Below are positions 1 through 9,408 of a stretch of 64,000 bases of DNA, in pieces. The position numbers were made by a program, and so were the translations under genes. Source of the stretch: Prevotella sp. (GTDB lineage Bacteria > Bacillota_I > Bacilli_A > ML615J-28 > CAG-313); contig JAMPDF010000002.1 in NCBI GenBank assembly GCA_023665755.1, positions 136,953 to 200,952 of the forward strand, written 5' to 3'. The notes beneath the pieces are model-generated. The model worked only from the letters and a program-made list of their open reading frames with translations. It did not search any database and was not told the origin of the DNA. Numbering within the stretch: position 1 is the stretch's first letter; every line of letters starts with the position of its first letter.

Positions 1-794
1 TGCCTTTTTCAAGAATCCAATTCACACCAGATTTAATGCCTACAGATGTAACAGGTACAAATATGGTAATGAAAGATGAAAATGGTAAAAATACATTTGA
101 ATTTAAAGAAGGCCCAATTTTTAGTAATATTATTCTTGCCGATGAAATCAACCGTGCTACACCAAAAACACAATCTGCTTTACTAGAAGCCATGCAAGAA
201 CATAAAGTTACTGTTATGGGTGTTACAAGACAATTAAATGAACCATTCTTTGTACTTGCCACTCAAAACCCAATTGAGCAAGATGGTACATATCCACTGC
301 CAGAAGCACAGATGGACCGTTTTATGTTTAAGATTTTGGTTCCAAATCCTGGACTAGAAGATTTGATGAAAATCGTTCAATTGACACAAGTTACAATGGC
401 AGAACAATCTGAAACCGTATGTTCAAGTGAAGAACTATTACAAATGAGAGAGACTGCTAATAGTATTCCTGTTGCGGATGATGTATTAGTTTATGCGATG
501 ACTATTGTTGCTGCAACTCATCCAACTGGTGAATATGCAAGTGAAACAGCCAAAAAATATTTAAGACTTGGAGCTAGTCCAAGAGCAGGTCAAGCGTTTA
601 TTTCTGCTGCAAAAGTAAAGGCCTTAATCAAAGGGCGCTACAATGTGGCTTATGAAGACATTGACGAACTAGCTTGTTTGATTCTTCGTCATAGAATTAA
701 ACTCAACTTTGAAGCCATTGCAGAACGTGTTTCAGCAGATGAAATTGTTATGTCAATTGTGGAAGAAGTAAGAAAAAAATATAAAATCAAATAA
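1..794 (+). CDS. MoxR-family AAA+ ATPase (5' end cut by window edge; frame open from nt 3)
   Basis: Translation from nt 3 reads PFSRIQFTPDLMPTDVTG. The motifs ADEINRATPKTQSALLEAMQE and ATQNPIEQDGTYPLPEAQMDRF are typical of MoxR (AAA_3) ATPases. A DUF58 gene follows, as in MoxR operons. Confidence 0.9.
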   Translation, partial: PFSRIQFTPDLMPTDVTGTNMVMKDENGKNTFEFKEGPIFSNIILADEINRATPKTQSALLEAMQEHKVTVMGVTRQLNEPFFVLATQNPIEQDGTYPLPEAQMDRFMFKILVPNPGLEDLMKIVQLTQVTMAEQSETVCSSEELLQMRETANSIPVADDVLVYAMTIVAATHPTGEYASETAKKYLRLGASPRAGQAFISAAKVKALIKGRYNVAYEDIDELACLILRHRIKLNFEAIAERVSADEIVMSIVEEVRKKYKIK

Positions 795-883
795 AAATTG
801 ATAACAATTATTCGAAATTTCTTTAAGTAAATTTCACCAAAATACACAACTATTTTAAAAATAGTTAGAAATTAGGTAACATT

Positions 884-1783
884 ATGCAAATATCATATTT
901 AAATGACGAATTTTTTAGTCGTCTTGAATCATTATCTTTTAATTTAAAATCCTATTTATCAGGCTATTTCGGCGGTAAGCATCTGGTTAAATCCTATGGG
1001 CAAACCGTCGAATTTGCCGATTATCGTGAGTATCAGCTTGGTGATGATATTAGACGAATCGACTGGAATCTATACAGTCGGTTTGAAAAATTCTTCATCA
1101 AACTTTTTACTGACGAAAGACAAATGAAGGTTCAAATCTTTCTAGATACTTCTGCGTCTATGGGAAAGGATAATCCTAAAAAAGCAGCTTACGCAGTGGC
1201 ATGTGCAGCTGGTATTGGTTATTTGGCGATTCATAATATGGACAAGGTTTCATTTAACATTATGCATGGCAATACGTGTGAAAATGCAAATGGGACAATT
1301 ATTGGTAAAAATCAATTTTTCAAGTCATTACAAACCCTAGAGGATTTACAGTTTGAGGATGAAGTAGATATAGAAAAGTGTGTTTTAAACTGTAATGACG
1401 ACGGAACTGCTAATGGTATTGCAGTCATTATATCCGATTTTATGACGGATACAGATTGGAAAAAAGCTGTTGACTATTTAAAATACAAGAAACGTCAAGT
1501 GTTATTATTACAAATACTAACCCCAGAAGAAGAAGATCCGGCATATATTGGACGTGTTAACCTAGTGGATTCAGAATCAATAGATATTGCTGATACAAAG
1601 AATATGAAAATTAGAATTAATGCTGCTATGCAACAAGCATATAGTGAAGCACTAGCTGATTTCAAGAAAGGTATTAGTGACTTTTGCAAAAAAAGAGATG
1701 TAGATTATATTACTGTTAATACAAGTACACCAGTAGAAAGTGTACTGTTTAAAGAATTATTGAAGGTGGGATTGATGTCATGA
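884..1783 (+). CDS. DUF58 domain protein (MoxR-associated, vWA-like)
   Basis: FADYREYQLGDDIRRIDWNLYSRFEKFFIKLFTDERQ is the DUF58 (PF01882) signature. It sits directly downstream of MoxR. Confidence 0.85.
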   Translation: MQISYLNDEFFSRLESLSFNLKSYLSGYFGGKHLVKSYGQTVEFADYREYQLGDDIRRIDWNLYSRFEKFFIKLFTDERQMKVQIFLDTSASMGKDNPKKAAYAVACAAGIGYLAIHNMDKVSFNIMHGNTCENANGTIIGKNQFFKSLQTLEDLQFEDEVDIEKCVLNCNDDGTANGIAVIISDFMTDTDWKKAVDYLKYKKRQVLLLQILTPEEEDPAYIGRVNLVDSESIDIADTKNMKIRINAAMQQAYSEALADFKKGISDFCKKRDVDYITVNTSTPVESVLFKELLKVGLMS

Positions 1784-3735
1784 CAATATTAAATCCATGG
1801 GCACTATTATCGCTAGCCAGCCTTATAGTGCTACTGTTGATTTATATTTTAAAGCCGAATTTCCAACAAAAATTTGTTTCAAGTACCTATGTATGGAAAT
1901 TGAGTTTAAAATATAAAAAGAAAAAATTACCAATTAATAAATTAAGAAATCTCTTACTTATTATTTGTCAAGTACTCATTTTGACATTATTATCAGTAGT
2001 TTTGGTAAAACCAGTAAAAGTAACTGGTGCAAAGATAGATAATGAAGTGATTTTGATTCTTGATGCTTCAGCAAGTATGAGAACAAAATATGAAGAGACA
2101 ACAAGATTTGAAAGAGCGATTGAATTAGTCCAACAAAAAGCAAAACAAACATTTGATGCAGATGGAATTGTTTCTATTGTTGTGGCTTCTCATGAACCAT
2201 ATTTTATTGCTGAAAGATTAAATGCGAGTTCGAGATGGGATGTTGAAGAAACTTTAAATGAAATGAAAGAACAACAACAATGTACATATGGTAGTTCTAA
2301 TTTAGATGATGCAACAGGTTTATGTCAAGATATTATCAGTGAAAATCCCAATGCCTTGATTTTTGTATATACGGATTCAACTGTCAATTATGTGACTGAA
2401 GGATTAGAAATAATTAATGTGCAACAGCCGGGTGAGTTTAATATAGCTATTCTTGATGCGTATGCTGAAATCATAGATAACTATTATTCATATGTAGTGA
2501 AAGTGGCTTGTTATGGTATGGATGTATCAGTTGATTTAACGCTTGATGTTTATGGAGCAAATGCAACAGAATCATCTCCTAGTGGGGTTGATTTTCAATT
2601 TGTCCAAGGTATTGATTTGAATAACGATAAAACCATTCAAATCGTATTTATCAATAGTGATATAGATCTATCCAATTTACCTGAAGATGAAAATACAATT
2701 TATTATCAAATACCTGAAAATGAAAAAATATTTTCATATGAATCCATCCATTTGGGTATCGATGCAGATGACTGTTTTGATGCAGATAATACATTTGACA
2801 TTTATGGAGGCACTAAAGAAGTCATCAATGTGCTTTATGCTTCCTCTAATGCAAATAGTTTTTTCAATGGTATTTTATTTGTATTAAAGAATGCATTACA
2901 AGATCGTTTTAATATTCAAATTACAGAAGTAAAAAAAGGTGAACTACCTAATTCAGGTTATGATTTATATATTTATGAACACGAAATGATGCCAGCAACA
3001 GCACCAACAGACGGTGTAGTCATTTATGCAGATCCACAAATGGATGTGGCTGGATCAGGCTTTAGAATTGGTAATAATAAATCATACAATCAAAGTAATT
3101 TACCATTAACAGAAGAAGCAGCACACTTATTAACTAAAAGTATGGTTGCTGATAATATTACAGTTTCAAGAATTATGACTCTGGTTACCTATGATGAGGG
3201 ATATCAAACTCTGATGAGTTGTGATGAACATCCTGTTTTATTGGTAAAAGATGAAGAAAACATTAAATCAGTTGTGATGTTATTTAGCTTACACTATTCT
3301 AATATGCCAATTATTAATGAATTCCCAATATTCATGTTTAATATATTTGATTACTTTTTACCTGCTACTATTGATGGCAATTCCTTTGAAGTGAATGATA
3401 GAATATCTATTAGAAGTAGAAGTAATGAAATCATAGTTGAAGGATACGGAGAAGAAATTATTTTGGATACATTTCCAAATACCATATCTTTAAGTTTACC
3501 AGGTACTTATACAATTACACAAACCACTTATTTTGGCAATACAATAAAAGAACAAGTATATGCTAAAATTCCAAATAGTGAATCCAATATTTTTAATGAG
3601 ATAGATACCATTATGAATCCAATCAATGGAACAAGTGAACTAACCCTTACGAAAGATTTATTATTTTGGGTAGCTATTGGACTAAGTGCATTGGTATTTA
3701 TTGAATGGATTTTAAAGGGAAAGGACACGATTTAA
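1780..3735 (+). CDS. BatA-like membrane-anchored vWA domain protein
   Basis: N-terminus MTILNPWALLSLASLIVLLLIYILKP is of BatA_N type (PF07584), followed by a second TM helix. The vWA domain has the MIDAS-like motif ILILDASASM. The start overlaps the DUF58 stop (ATGA), with RBS GAAGGTGGG upstream. Confidence 0.75.
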   Translation: MTILNPWALLSLASLIVLLLIYILKPNFQQKFVSSTYVWKLSLKYKKKKLPINKLRNLLLIICQVLILTLLSVVLVKPVKVTGAKIDNEVILILDASASMRTKYEETTRFERAIELVQQKAKQTFDADGIVSIVVASHEPYFIAERLNASSRWDVEETLNEMKEQQQCTYGSSNLDDATGLCQDIISENPNALIFVYTDSTVNYVTEGLEIINVQQPGEFNIAILDAYAEIIDNYYSYVVKVACYGMDVSVDLTLDVYGANATESSPSGVDFQFVQGIDLNNDKTIQIVFINSDIDLSNLPEDENTIYYQIPENEKIFSYESIHLGIDADDCFDADNTFDIYGGTKEVINVLYASSNANSFFNGILFVLKNALQDRFNIQITEVKKGELPNSGYDLYIYEHEMMPATAPTDGVVIYADPQMDVAGSGFRIGNNKSYNQSNLPLTEEAAHLLTKSMVADNITVSRIMTLVTYDEGYQTLMSCDEHPVLLVKDEENIKSVVMLFSLHYSNMPIINEFPIFMFNIFDYFLPATIDGNSFEVNDRISIRSRSNEIIVEGYGEEIILDTFPNTISLSLPGTYTITQTTYFGNTIKEQVYAKIPNSESNIFNEIDTIMNPINGTSELTLTKDLLFWVAIGLSALVFIEWILKGKDTI

Positions 3736-3744
3736 GGTGATTAT

Positions 3745-6585
3745 ATGATGCTTAGTATATATATTAATTTTTCACGTCCTTGGTATTTATTACTATTGAT
3801 TTTGTTTGTTGCTTTTACTATTTTTCCGTATTTTACAATTTCAAAAAGATATCGAAAAACAAGAAATAGAATTACATCTATGGTTCTACATGGTATTGTA
3901 TCTTTACTAGTGGTATGTATTTTATCAGGTATGACTTTTGTTAGAACATCTGCAAATTCAAGCAATGAAATTATTTTAGTTGTAGACGTTTCGAATACCG
4001 AAAATCAAGCTTCTAAAAAGCGAGATGATTTTGTCCAAACTGTAATTAATCAATGCAAATTTGATAATTTTAAAATTGGTGTTGTTACTTTTGGATATGA
4101 TCAAGAATATGCAGTGCCGTTGACAAGAGATTATAAAAGTATTTTTGACAAATATAAAGCAGCATCTTTACCTGATGTATCTGCAACTAATATTGCGGCA
4201 GCGTTATTATACACAAAGGACTTATTTACCAATTCAGAAAACGGAAAAATTGTCTTGGTAACTGATGGTAAGGAAACAGATGAAAATGCTAAATCCGTTA
4301 TCAAACAGATTGCTGCAACCGGTATAAAAATCGATACAGTTCATATTGAATCTAGTTATGCAGATGAAGATGAAGTACAAATTATTGGTGTAAACTTACC
4401 AGATTATCACGTGGGTGTTAATGAAGAATGTACAATTAATGTAGACATTTATAGCTCTTATGAAGAAACGGTTTCCATTAAATTATATGATAATAGCATA
4501 TGTGGAGAATATGGTGAACAAACTATTGAATTACATCCAGGTGTTCAAACCATTTCCTTTAAACATATATATACTTCTCAAGGGTTACACGAACTGAGTT
4601 TTGAGATTTTGAATTTAAAAGATGCAGTTGAAGAAAATAATGCCTATGTTTCCTATTTTTATTTAGATGTATACAATAAAATACTAATCATTGAACAAGA
4701 AAGTGGGCAATCAGAAATACTAGCCTCTATTTTGAAAAATGAAGATGCTTTTAAAGTAGATATTCTCAATATTTATGATGACCCAGTACCTACAAAGGTA
4801 GAGCAACTTTGTGAGTATGATGAAATTATTATGAACAATATTGCCAATGCAGATCTTCCTAGTGAATTTGTGGATATCTTAAATGACTATGTTTATAATT
4901 ATGGAGGAGGATTGTTTACAACAGGTGGAAGTGACTCATCAGGAGAGGCACATGCTTATAATAGAAGTGATATGATTGGTTCATTATATCAACAAATGCT
5001 ACCTGTTCAAGCTATCAACTATACGCCTCCAGTTGGAGTAATTGTCATTATTGATACTTCCGGTTCAATGGCGTCAAAAGATGAAACAGGAAATAGTTTA
5101 TTAGATTGGGCAAAAGCGGGGGCATCTAGTTGCCTTAATGCCCTTACTGAAAGAGACTATTTTGGATTAATGACTTTGGATAGTGATTATAATACCATTT
5201 TAGAATTAACGCCAAGAACCCAAGAAGCCAAGATTTTGTCTGCTATTGAAAGTATTAACGATGCAACAGGTGGAACAGTTTTTCCAGGAGCGATAGATCG
5301 TGCAGGTCAAGCATTAAGGGCTTTAAAAGAAGTAGATAAAAAACACATTATTATTGTTTCAGACGGATATGTTCCTCAAGGGGATATTAGCAAATATGAA
5401 GAATACGCCAAGAATTACCATGATACAGATGGAATAACCATTTCTGTTGTTGGGGTAGATATGACGATTCCTAATAATAATTACAATGTTCCGGTTGAAG
5501 AAATCGAAACTCAATCTGCATATGGAAAAATGTTAAGATTGACGAGACTTACTGGCGGAAGGCTTCATGTTGTTCCAAAAGATCAAAATTCAAAGTTAGT
5601 TACGCAAATGCGTGAAGATTTAAATGCACCAGAGATTAAAGAAGTCAATTTAGAAGAATTCTATCCTATTATGACAAGTGCAACATCAACGTTATTTAAT
5701 GGAGTAGAAAGACGTACAGATGCAGAAAATTCAAATACAATGACTGTTCAATTAGATGGATTTTATGGTGTGAAAGCTCGTGCTAGCGCAAAAGTGATTT
5801 TAAGTGGAAATTTCAATGTGCCATTATATGCACAGTGGAAATATGGCAAAGGTACAGTGGGGAGTTTAATGGTCGATGTGTATGGAGAATGGTCTGGTAA
5901 TTTTATGGCTGATCCAAACGGGGAGCGTTTCTTAAAAAATGTTGTTGCTAGTATTACGCCAACAGAAAATATTCGTTCTAATGACATTAAATTGGTCTTG
6001 AATGAAGACAATTATTCTAATATACTCAGTGTATATACGAATTTAGCAAATGGCGAAAGAATAGAAGGAACTATGAAATATAATGGCAAAACATTATCGC
6101 TTAATGAAGTCATCCAAGATAACTCTATTGCTAATTTAAGAGAAACAGATTGTTATGTTTTAACTGCTCTATCTGAAGATAATCATTATTCAAGAACTAG
6201 ATTTATCATTAAGACACCAGGTGTGTATGAAATTGAGATATTGAAATATGATGCTGAAGGCAAATTAATTGGTTCTAATTTTATTTATAAAGAACTGGCT
6301 TATTCTAAAGAATATGATATCTTAGTAAAGGATGATACAAATTACAATGAACTATTAAATAGTTTTGCAACGATAGGCAATGGAGAGCTCATAGAAGATT
6401 TAGAAGATCCTCATGAAATTATTGATACATTTGATACGGTTTTAAGACGTACATTTGATCCTAGATATCTTTTTGCTATCATTGCTATCCTTTGTTTCTT
6501 ATTAGATATTGCAGTACGGAAATTCAAATTTAAATGGCCACATGAAATCATAAGAAATATGAAAAAAAGTAAAGGTAAAAGGTGA
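3745..6585 (+). CDS. Membrane protein with two vWA domains (BatB-like), C-terminal TM anchor
   Basis: Two N-terminal TM helices. vWA-1 shows IILVVDVSNT and LVTDGKETD. vWA-2 has a canonical MIDAS motif (VIVIIDTSGSMAS) and IIIVSDG. C-terminal TM is LFAIIAILCFLLDIAV. RBS AAGGTGA; ATG at 3745 or 3748. Confidence 0.75.
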   Translation: MMLSIYINFSRPWYLLLLILFVAFTIFPYFTISKRYRKTRNRITSMVLHGIVSLLVVCILSGMTFVRTSANSSNEIILVVDVSNTENQASKKRDDFVQTVINQCKFDNFKIGVVTFGYDQEYAVPLTRDYKSIFDKYKAASLPDVSATNIAAALLYTKDLFTNSENGKIVLVTDGKETDENAKSVIKQIAATGIKIDTVHIESSYADEDEVQIIGVNLPDYHVGVNEECTINVDIYSSYEETVSIKLYDNSICGEYGEQTIELHPGVQTISFKHIYTSQGLHELSFEILNLKDAVEENNAYVSYFYLDVYNKILIIEQESGQSEILASILKNEDAFKVDILNIYDDPVPTKVEQLCEYDEIIMNNIANADLPSEFVDILNDYVYNYGGGLFTTGGSDSSGEAHAYNRSDMIGSLYQQMLPVQAINYTPPVGVIVIIDTSGSMASKDETGNSLLDWAKAGASSCLNALTERDYFGLMTLDSDYNTILELTPRTQEAKILSAIESINDATGGTVFPGAIDRAGQALRALKEVDKKHIIIVSDGYVPQGDISKYEEYAKNYHDTDGITISVVGVDMTIPNNNYNVPVEEIETQSAYGKMLRLTRLTGGRLHVVPKDQNSKLVTQMREDLNAPEIKEVNLEEFYPIMTSATSTLFNGVERRTDAENSNTMTVQLDGFYGVKARASAKVILSGNFNVPLYAQWKYGKGTVGSLMVDVYGEWSGNFMADPNGERFLKNVVASITPTENIRSNDIKLVLNEDNYSNILSVYTNLANGERIEGTMKYNGKTLSLNEVIQDNSIANLRETDCYVLTALSEDNHYSRTRFIIKTPGVYEIEILKYDAEGKLIGSNFIYKELAYSKEYDILVKDDTNYNELLNSFATIGNGELIEDLEDPHEIIDTFDTVLRRTFDPRYLFAIIAILCFLLDIAVRKFKFKWPHEIIRNMKKSKGKR

Positions 6586-6591
6586 TGTCGT

Positions 6592-9375
6592 ATGAAAAAA
6601 ATGAATTATTTATATGCATTATTTTTAGTCGTTTTTATCTTTAGTCTTACTGGATGTATCAATAAAAAGAAATTAGCTGTCCCACAAAATATTACTGTCG
6701 ATTCAGATAATAGATTAATATGGGATAGTGTTGATGAGGCAAAAACTTATACGGTTTCTCTTTATTATGTAGATTTAGATACAACTATTGTAGATACAAC
6801 AAGGAAAACATCCTACAGTTTAGATGAAATAGAAGTAGGCGATTATGAAATTACAGTTCAAGCCAATAGTGGAAGTAAAAAAAGAAAAGATTCTGAATAT
6901 TCTGAAAAAATATTATTTCACAAATATTATGAAAATGGTTGCGTGTATAAACTGATTAATAATGATACAGAATATCAAATTGCAAAAGTAGGTAAAGCCA
7001 ATGGGGCATTTGTCATTGAGGATTTTTACCGAGGAAAAGCAGTTACTGAAATTGCTAAAAATGCATTTAAAGGAAGTACTAGAATTGTGGATGTAACCAT
7101 TGGTAATAATGTTATTTCTATTGGTGAAAATGCATTTTACAACTGTAGTAAGTTAGAGAGGGTATCTATTCCTACTTCGGTGAAATCAATTGGAACGTCT
7201 TGTTTTCAATCTTGCCGTAGTTTAAAGTCAATTGAAATTCCTTTTTCTATTACAGAACTTCCTGATTTTGCATTTGCCTATTGTCGTAAGTTAGAAAGTG
7301 TTACAATTGGAGAACAAGTTAAAAAGATTGGTGCATCTTGTTTTCAAGATTGCTCCTCTCTTCTTGAAGTAAGTATTCCAGATAGTGTAGAGATGATAGA
7401 TGAGTATGCTTTTTCCGCATGTACTTCTTTAAAGACACTTACTATTGGAAAAAATGTAAAGGCGATTCCAAATTATGGTTTCAATATGTGTACTTCGCTT
7501 GAAACAATTGTTTTTTCTAATCAAACAAATGTAAAGTCGCTAGGTACCGAATCATTTAGTGGTTGTGTTGCTTTAACTGAATTAAATATACCTCAAGGAG
7601 TTGAAGCCATTCATCAAGGTGCATTTCAAGGTTGTAGTTTACTTGAAACCGTTACGATTGCTGATTCAGTAATCAGTGTTGGAGCGAACGCCTTTTTAGG
7701 GACAAAACTATATCAAACAGCGATTGATCATGATGAACAGTTTATTTATGCGGATAATTGGTTAATTGATTTTAACCGTAAATTTATTGAAACATTAGAA
7801 GAAATCAATACCGAAACATTAAAGAATACGATTGTCGGTGTGGCTGATTGGACTTTTTATCAATGTGGAGAATTGAAAACAGTGGTTCTTCCTGCGTCTT
7901 TTAAATACATTGGTGAATATGCTTTTTATGGCTGTACTAGTTTATGGAAGATTAGAACATTAGATAATAGCATCATTTCCATCGGTGATTATGCATTTAC
8001 CAACTGTGCTCTAACCAATATATCATTAGGAATAGGACTCAAAACAATTGGCCAATATGCATTTTGTAATAATACTCAGTTGAACAATAATACCCTTTCT
8101 CCATATAGTTGGATTCCTGAAACCGTAACCAGTATTGGTGCATATGCATTTTATAACACTAAACTTTGGAATTCTCCTCGAGATAATGATGGTATTGTTT
8201 ATGCGGGAAACTGGGTTGTAGGTTATAATGCAAACAATTTAGGTAGTATTGTCTTACAATTTGATGCTGACCGCGTAGCTGGTATTGGAGATTATGCGTT
8301 TTCTGATTGTGCAACTCTTTCATCTATTCAAGGGTTAAGTAGTTGTCGTTATATTGGTAAAGGGGCATTTTATGGTTGTTCAAAATTAGCAAGTGTTACA
8401 CTCAATCGAAATTTAACAGAAATTCGTGAAAAGACTTTTTTTGGATGCTCGGCTTTATTAAAGGTTTCTATGCCAAGAACATTAAAGGAAATTGGCGATT
8501 ATGCCTTTTATAAGTGTTCTTCATTAGCAGAAGTAGATTTAAGTGAAACCAATTGTGAATCCATTGGTCGTAGTGCATTCTATAGTTCTTATATCCAAGA
8601 ATTAAAGTTAAGTAAAGCACTAACTTCTATCGGTGATTATGCATTTTATAAATGTAATGGATTAACCAATGTTGTATTTACAGATAATCTCAAATCTATT
8701 GGAGAAAAAGCATTCTACAAATGTGAGTTATTGACAACTATAGTATTCAACAATCAATTAAAAGAAATTTCAGAGTATGCATTTGCTTATTGTGCTGCCT
8801 TAACTGGCATTGATATTCCAGATAGTGTTGAAAAAATTGGAAAAGCAGCCTTTTATAACTGCTCCAATGTAGTAACGCTTCAATTAGGTAAAAATCTAAA
8901 ATCAATTGAAGACTATGCCTTCTCAGGGTTAGCACTGGTTGAATCAGTTACTTTGAATGCTGCCTTAGAATCTATTGGTAACTATGCGTTCAAAGGAATG
9001 GCAAATCTTCAATCCATTATCCTTCGTGAACATATTAAGGTAATTGGTCAACATTGTTTTTATGGATGTAAAAATTTAACGATTTATACAGATGCAAAAT
9101 CGATACGAGGCGAATGGCACAACCGCTTCAATTCCTTGTATCGTCCAATATTTTGGGGAGTAGAGTTTGATGAAAATAATGATATTGTTTCTATTTCTAT
9201 TTCTGATGCTACATTCCAAAATAGAAAGGCAGCAAATGGCATTCATAGTCCAGTTACAAATGGAAAAACAGTTGCCTATTGGCAAGATGAAAATAATACA
9301 ACATATACAAATGAAGATGTAGTGAAAATAGATAAAGATTGTACATTAATAGCTGTTTATGCAGATGAAAATTGA
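6592..9375 (+). CDS. BspA-type leucine-rich-repeat (LRR_5) surface lipoprotein with N-terminal FN3-like module
   Basis: Signal peptide with lipobox LTGC. There are many ~23-aa units of the type I-IP-SV-IG--AF--C--L (PF13306-like). The C-terminal segment resembles a Listeria-Bacteroides repeat. RBS AAAGGTGA lies 6 nt before the ATG. Confidence 0.8.
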   Translation: MKKMNYLYALFLVVFIFSLTGCINKKKLAVPQNITVDSDNRLIWDSVDEAKTYTVSLYYVDLDTTIVDTTRKTSYSLDEIEVGDYEITVQANSGSKKRKDSEYSEKILFHKYYENGCVYKLINNDTEYQIAKVGKANGAFVIEDFYRGKAVTEIAKNAFKGSTRIVDVTIGNNVISIGENAFYNCSKLERVSIPTSVKSIGTSCFQSCRSLKSIEIPFSITELPDFAFAYCRKLESVTIGEQVKKIGASCFQDCSSLLEVSIPDSVEMIDEYAFSACTSLKTLTIGKNVKAIPNYGFNMCTSLETIVFSNQTNVKSLGTESFSGCVALTELNIPQGVEAIHQGAFQGCSLLETVTIADSVISVGANAFLGTKLYQTAIDHDEQFIYADNWLIDFNRKFIETLEEINTETLKNTIVGVADWTFYQCGELKTVVLPASFKYIGEYAFYGCTSLWKIRTLDNSIISIGDYAFTNCALTNISLGIGLKTIGQYAFCNNTQLNNNTLSPYSWIPETVTSIGAYAFYNTKLWNSPRDNDGIVYAGNWVVGYNANNLGSIVLQFDADRVAGIGDYAFSDCATLSSIQGLSSCRYIGKGAFYGCSKLASVTLNRNLTEIREKTFFGCSALLKVSMPRTLKEIGDYAFYKCSSLAEVDLSETNCESIGRSAFYSSYIQELKLSKALTSIGDYAFYKCNGLTNVVFTDNLKSIGEKAFYKCELLTTIVFNNQLKEISEYAFAYCAALTGIDIPDSVEKIGKAAFYNCSNVVTLQLGKNLKSIEDYAFSGLALVESVTLNAALESIGNYAFKGMANLQSIILREHIKVIGQHCFYGCKNLTIYTDAKSIRGEWHNRFNSLYRPIFWGVEFDENNDIVSISISDATFQNRKAANGIHSPVTNGKTVAYWQDENNTTYTNEDVVKIDKDCTLIAVYADEN

Positions 9376-9408
9376 TGTTTCTTTTAAAAATATATAAGGA
9401 GAAAAAAA

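Noticed and set aside
6592-9375. Periodic DNA-level repetition in the LRR genes considered as a mobile element or array
   Set aside because: The periodicity corresponds to ~23-aa LRR_5 units in an intact ORF. The copies are divergent at the DNA level, and there are no terminal inverted repeats or transposase.
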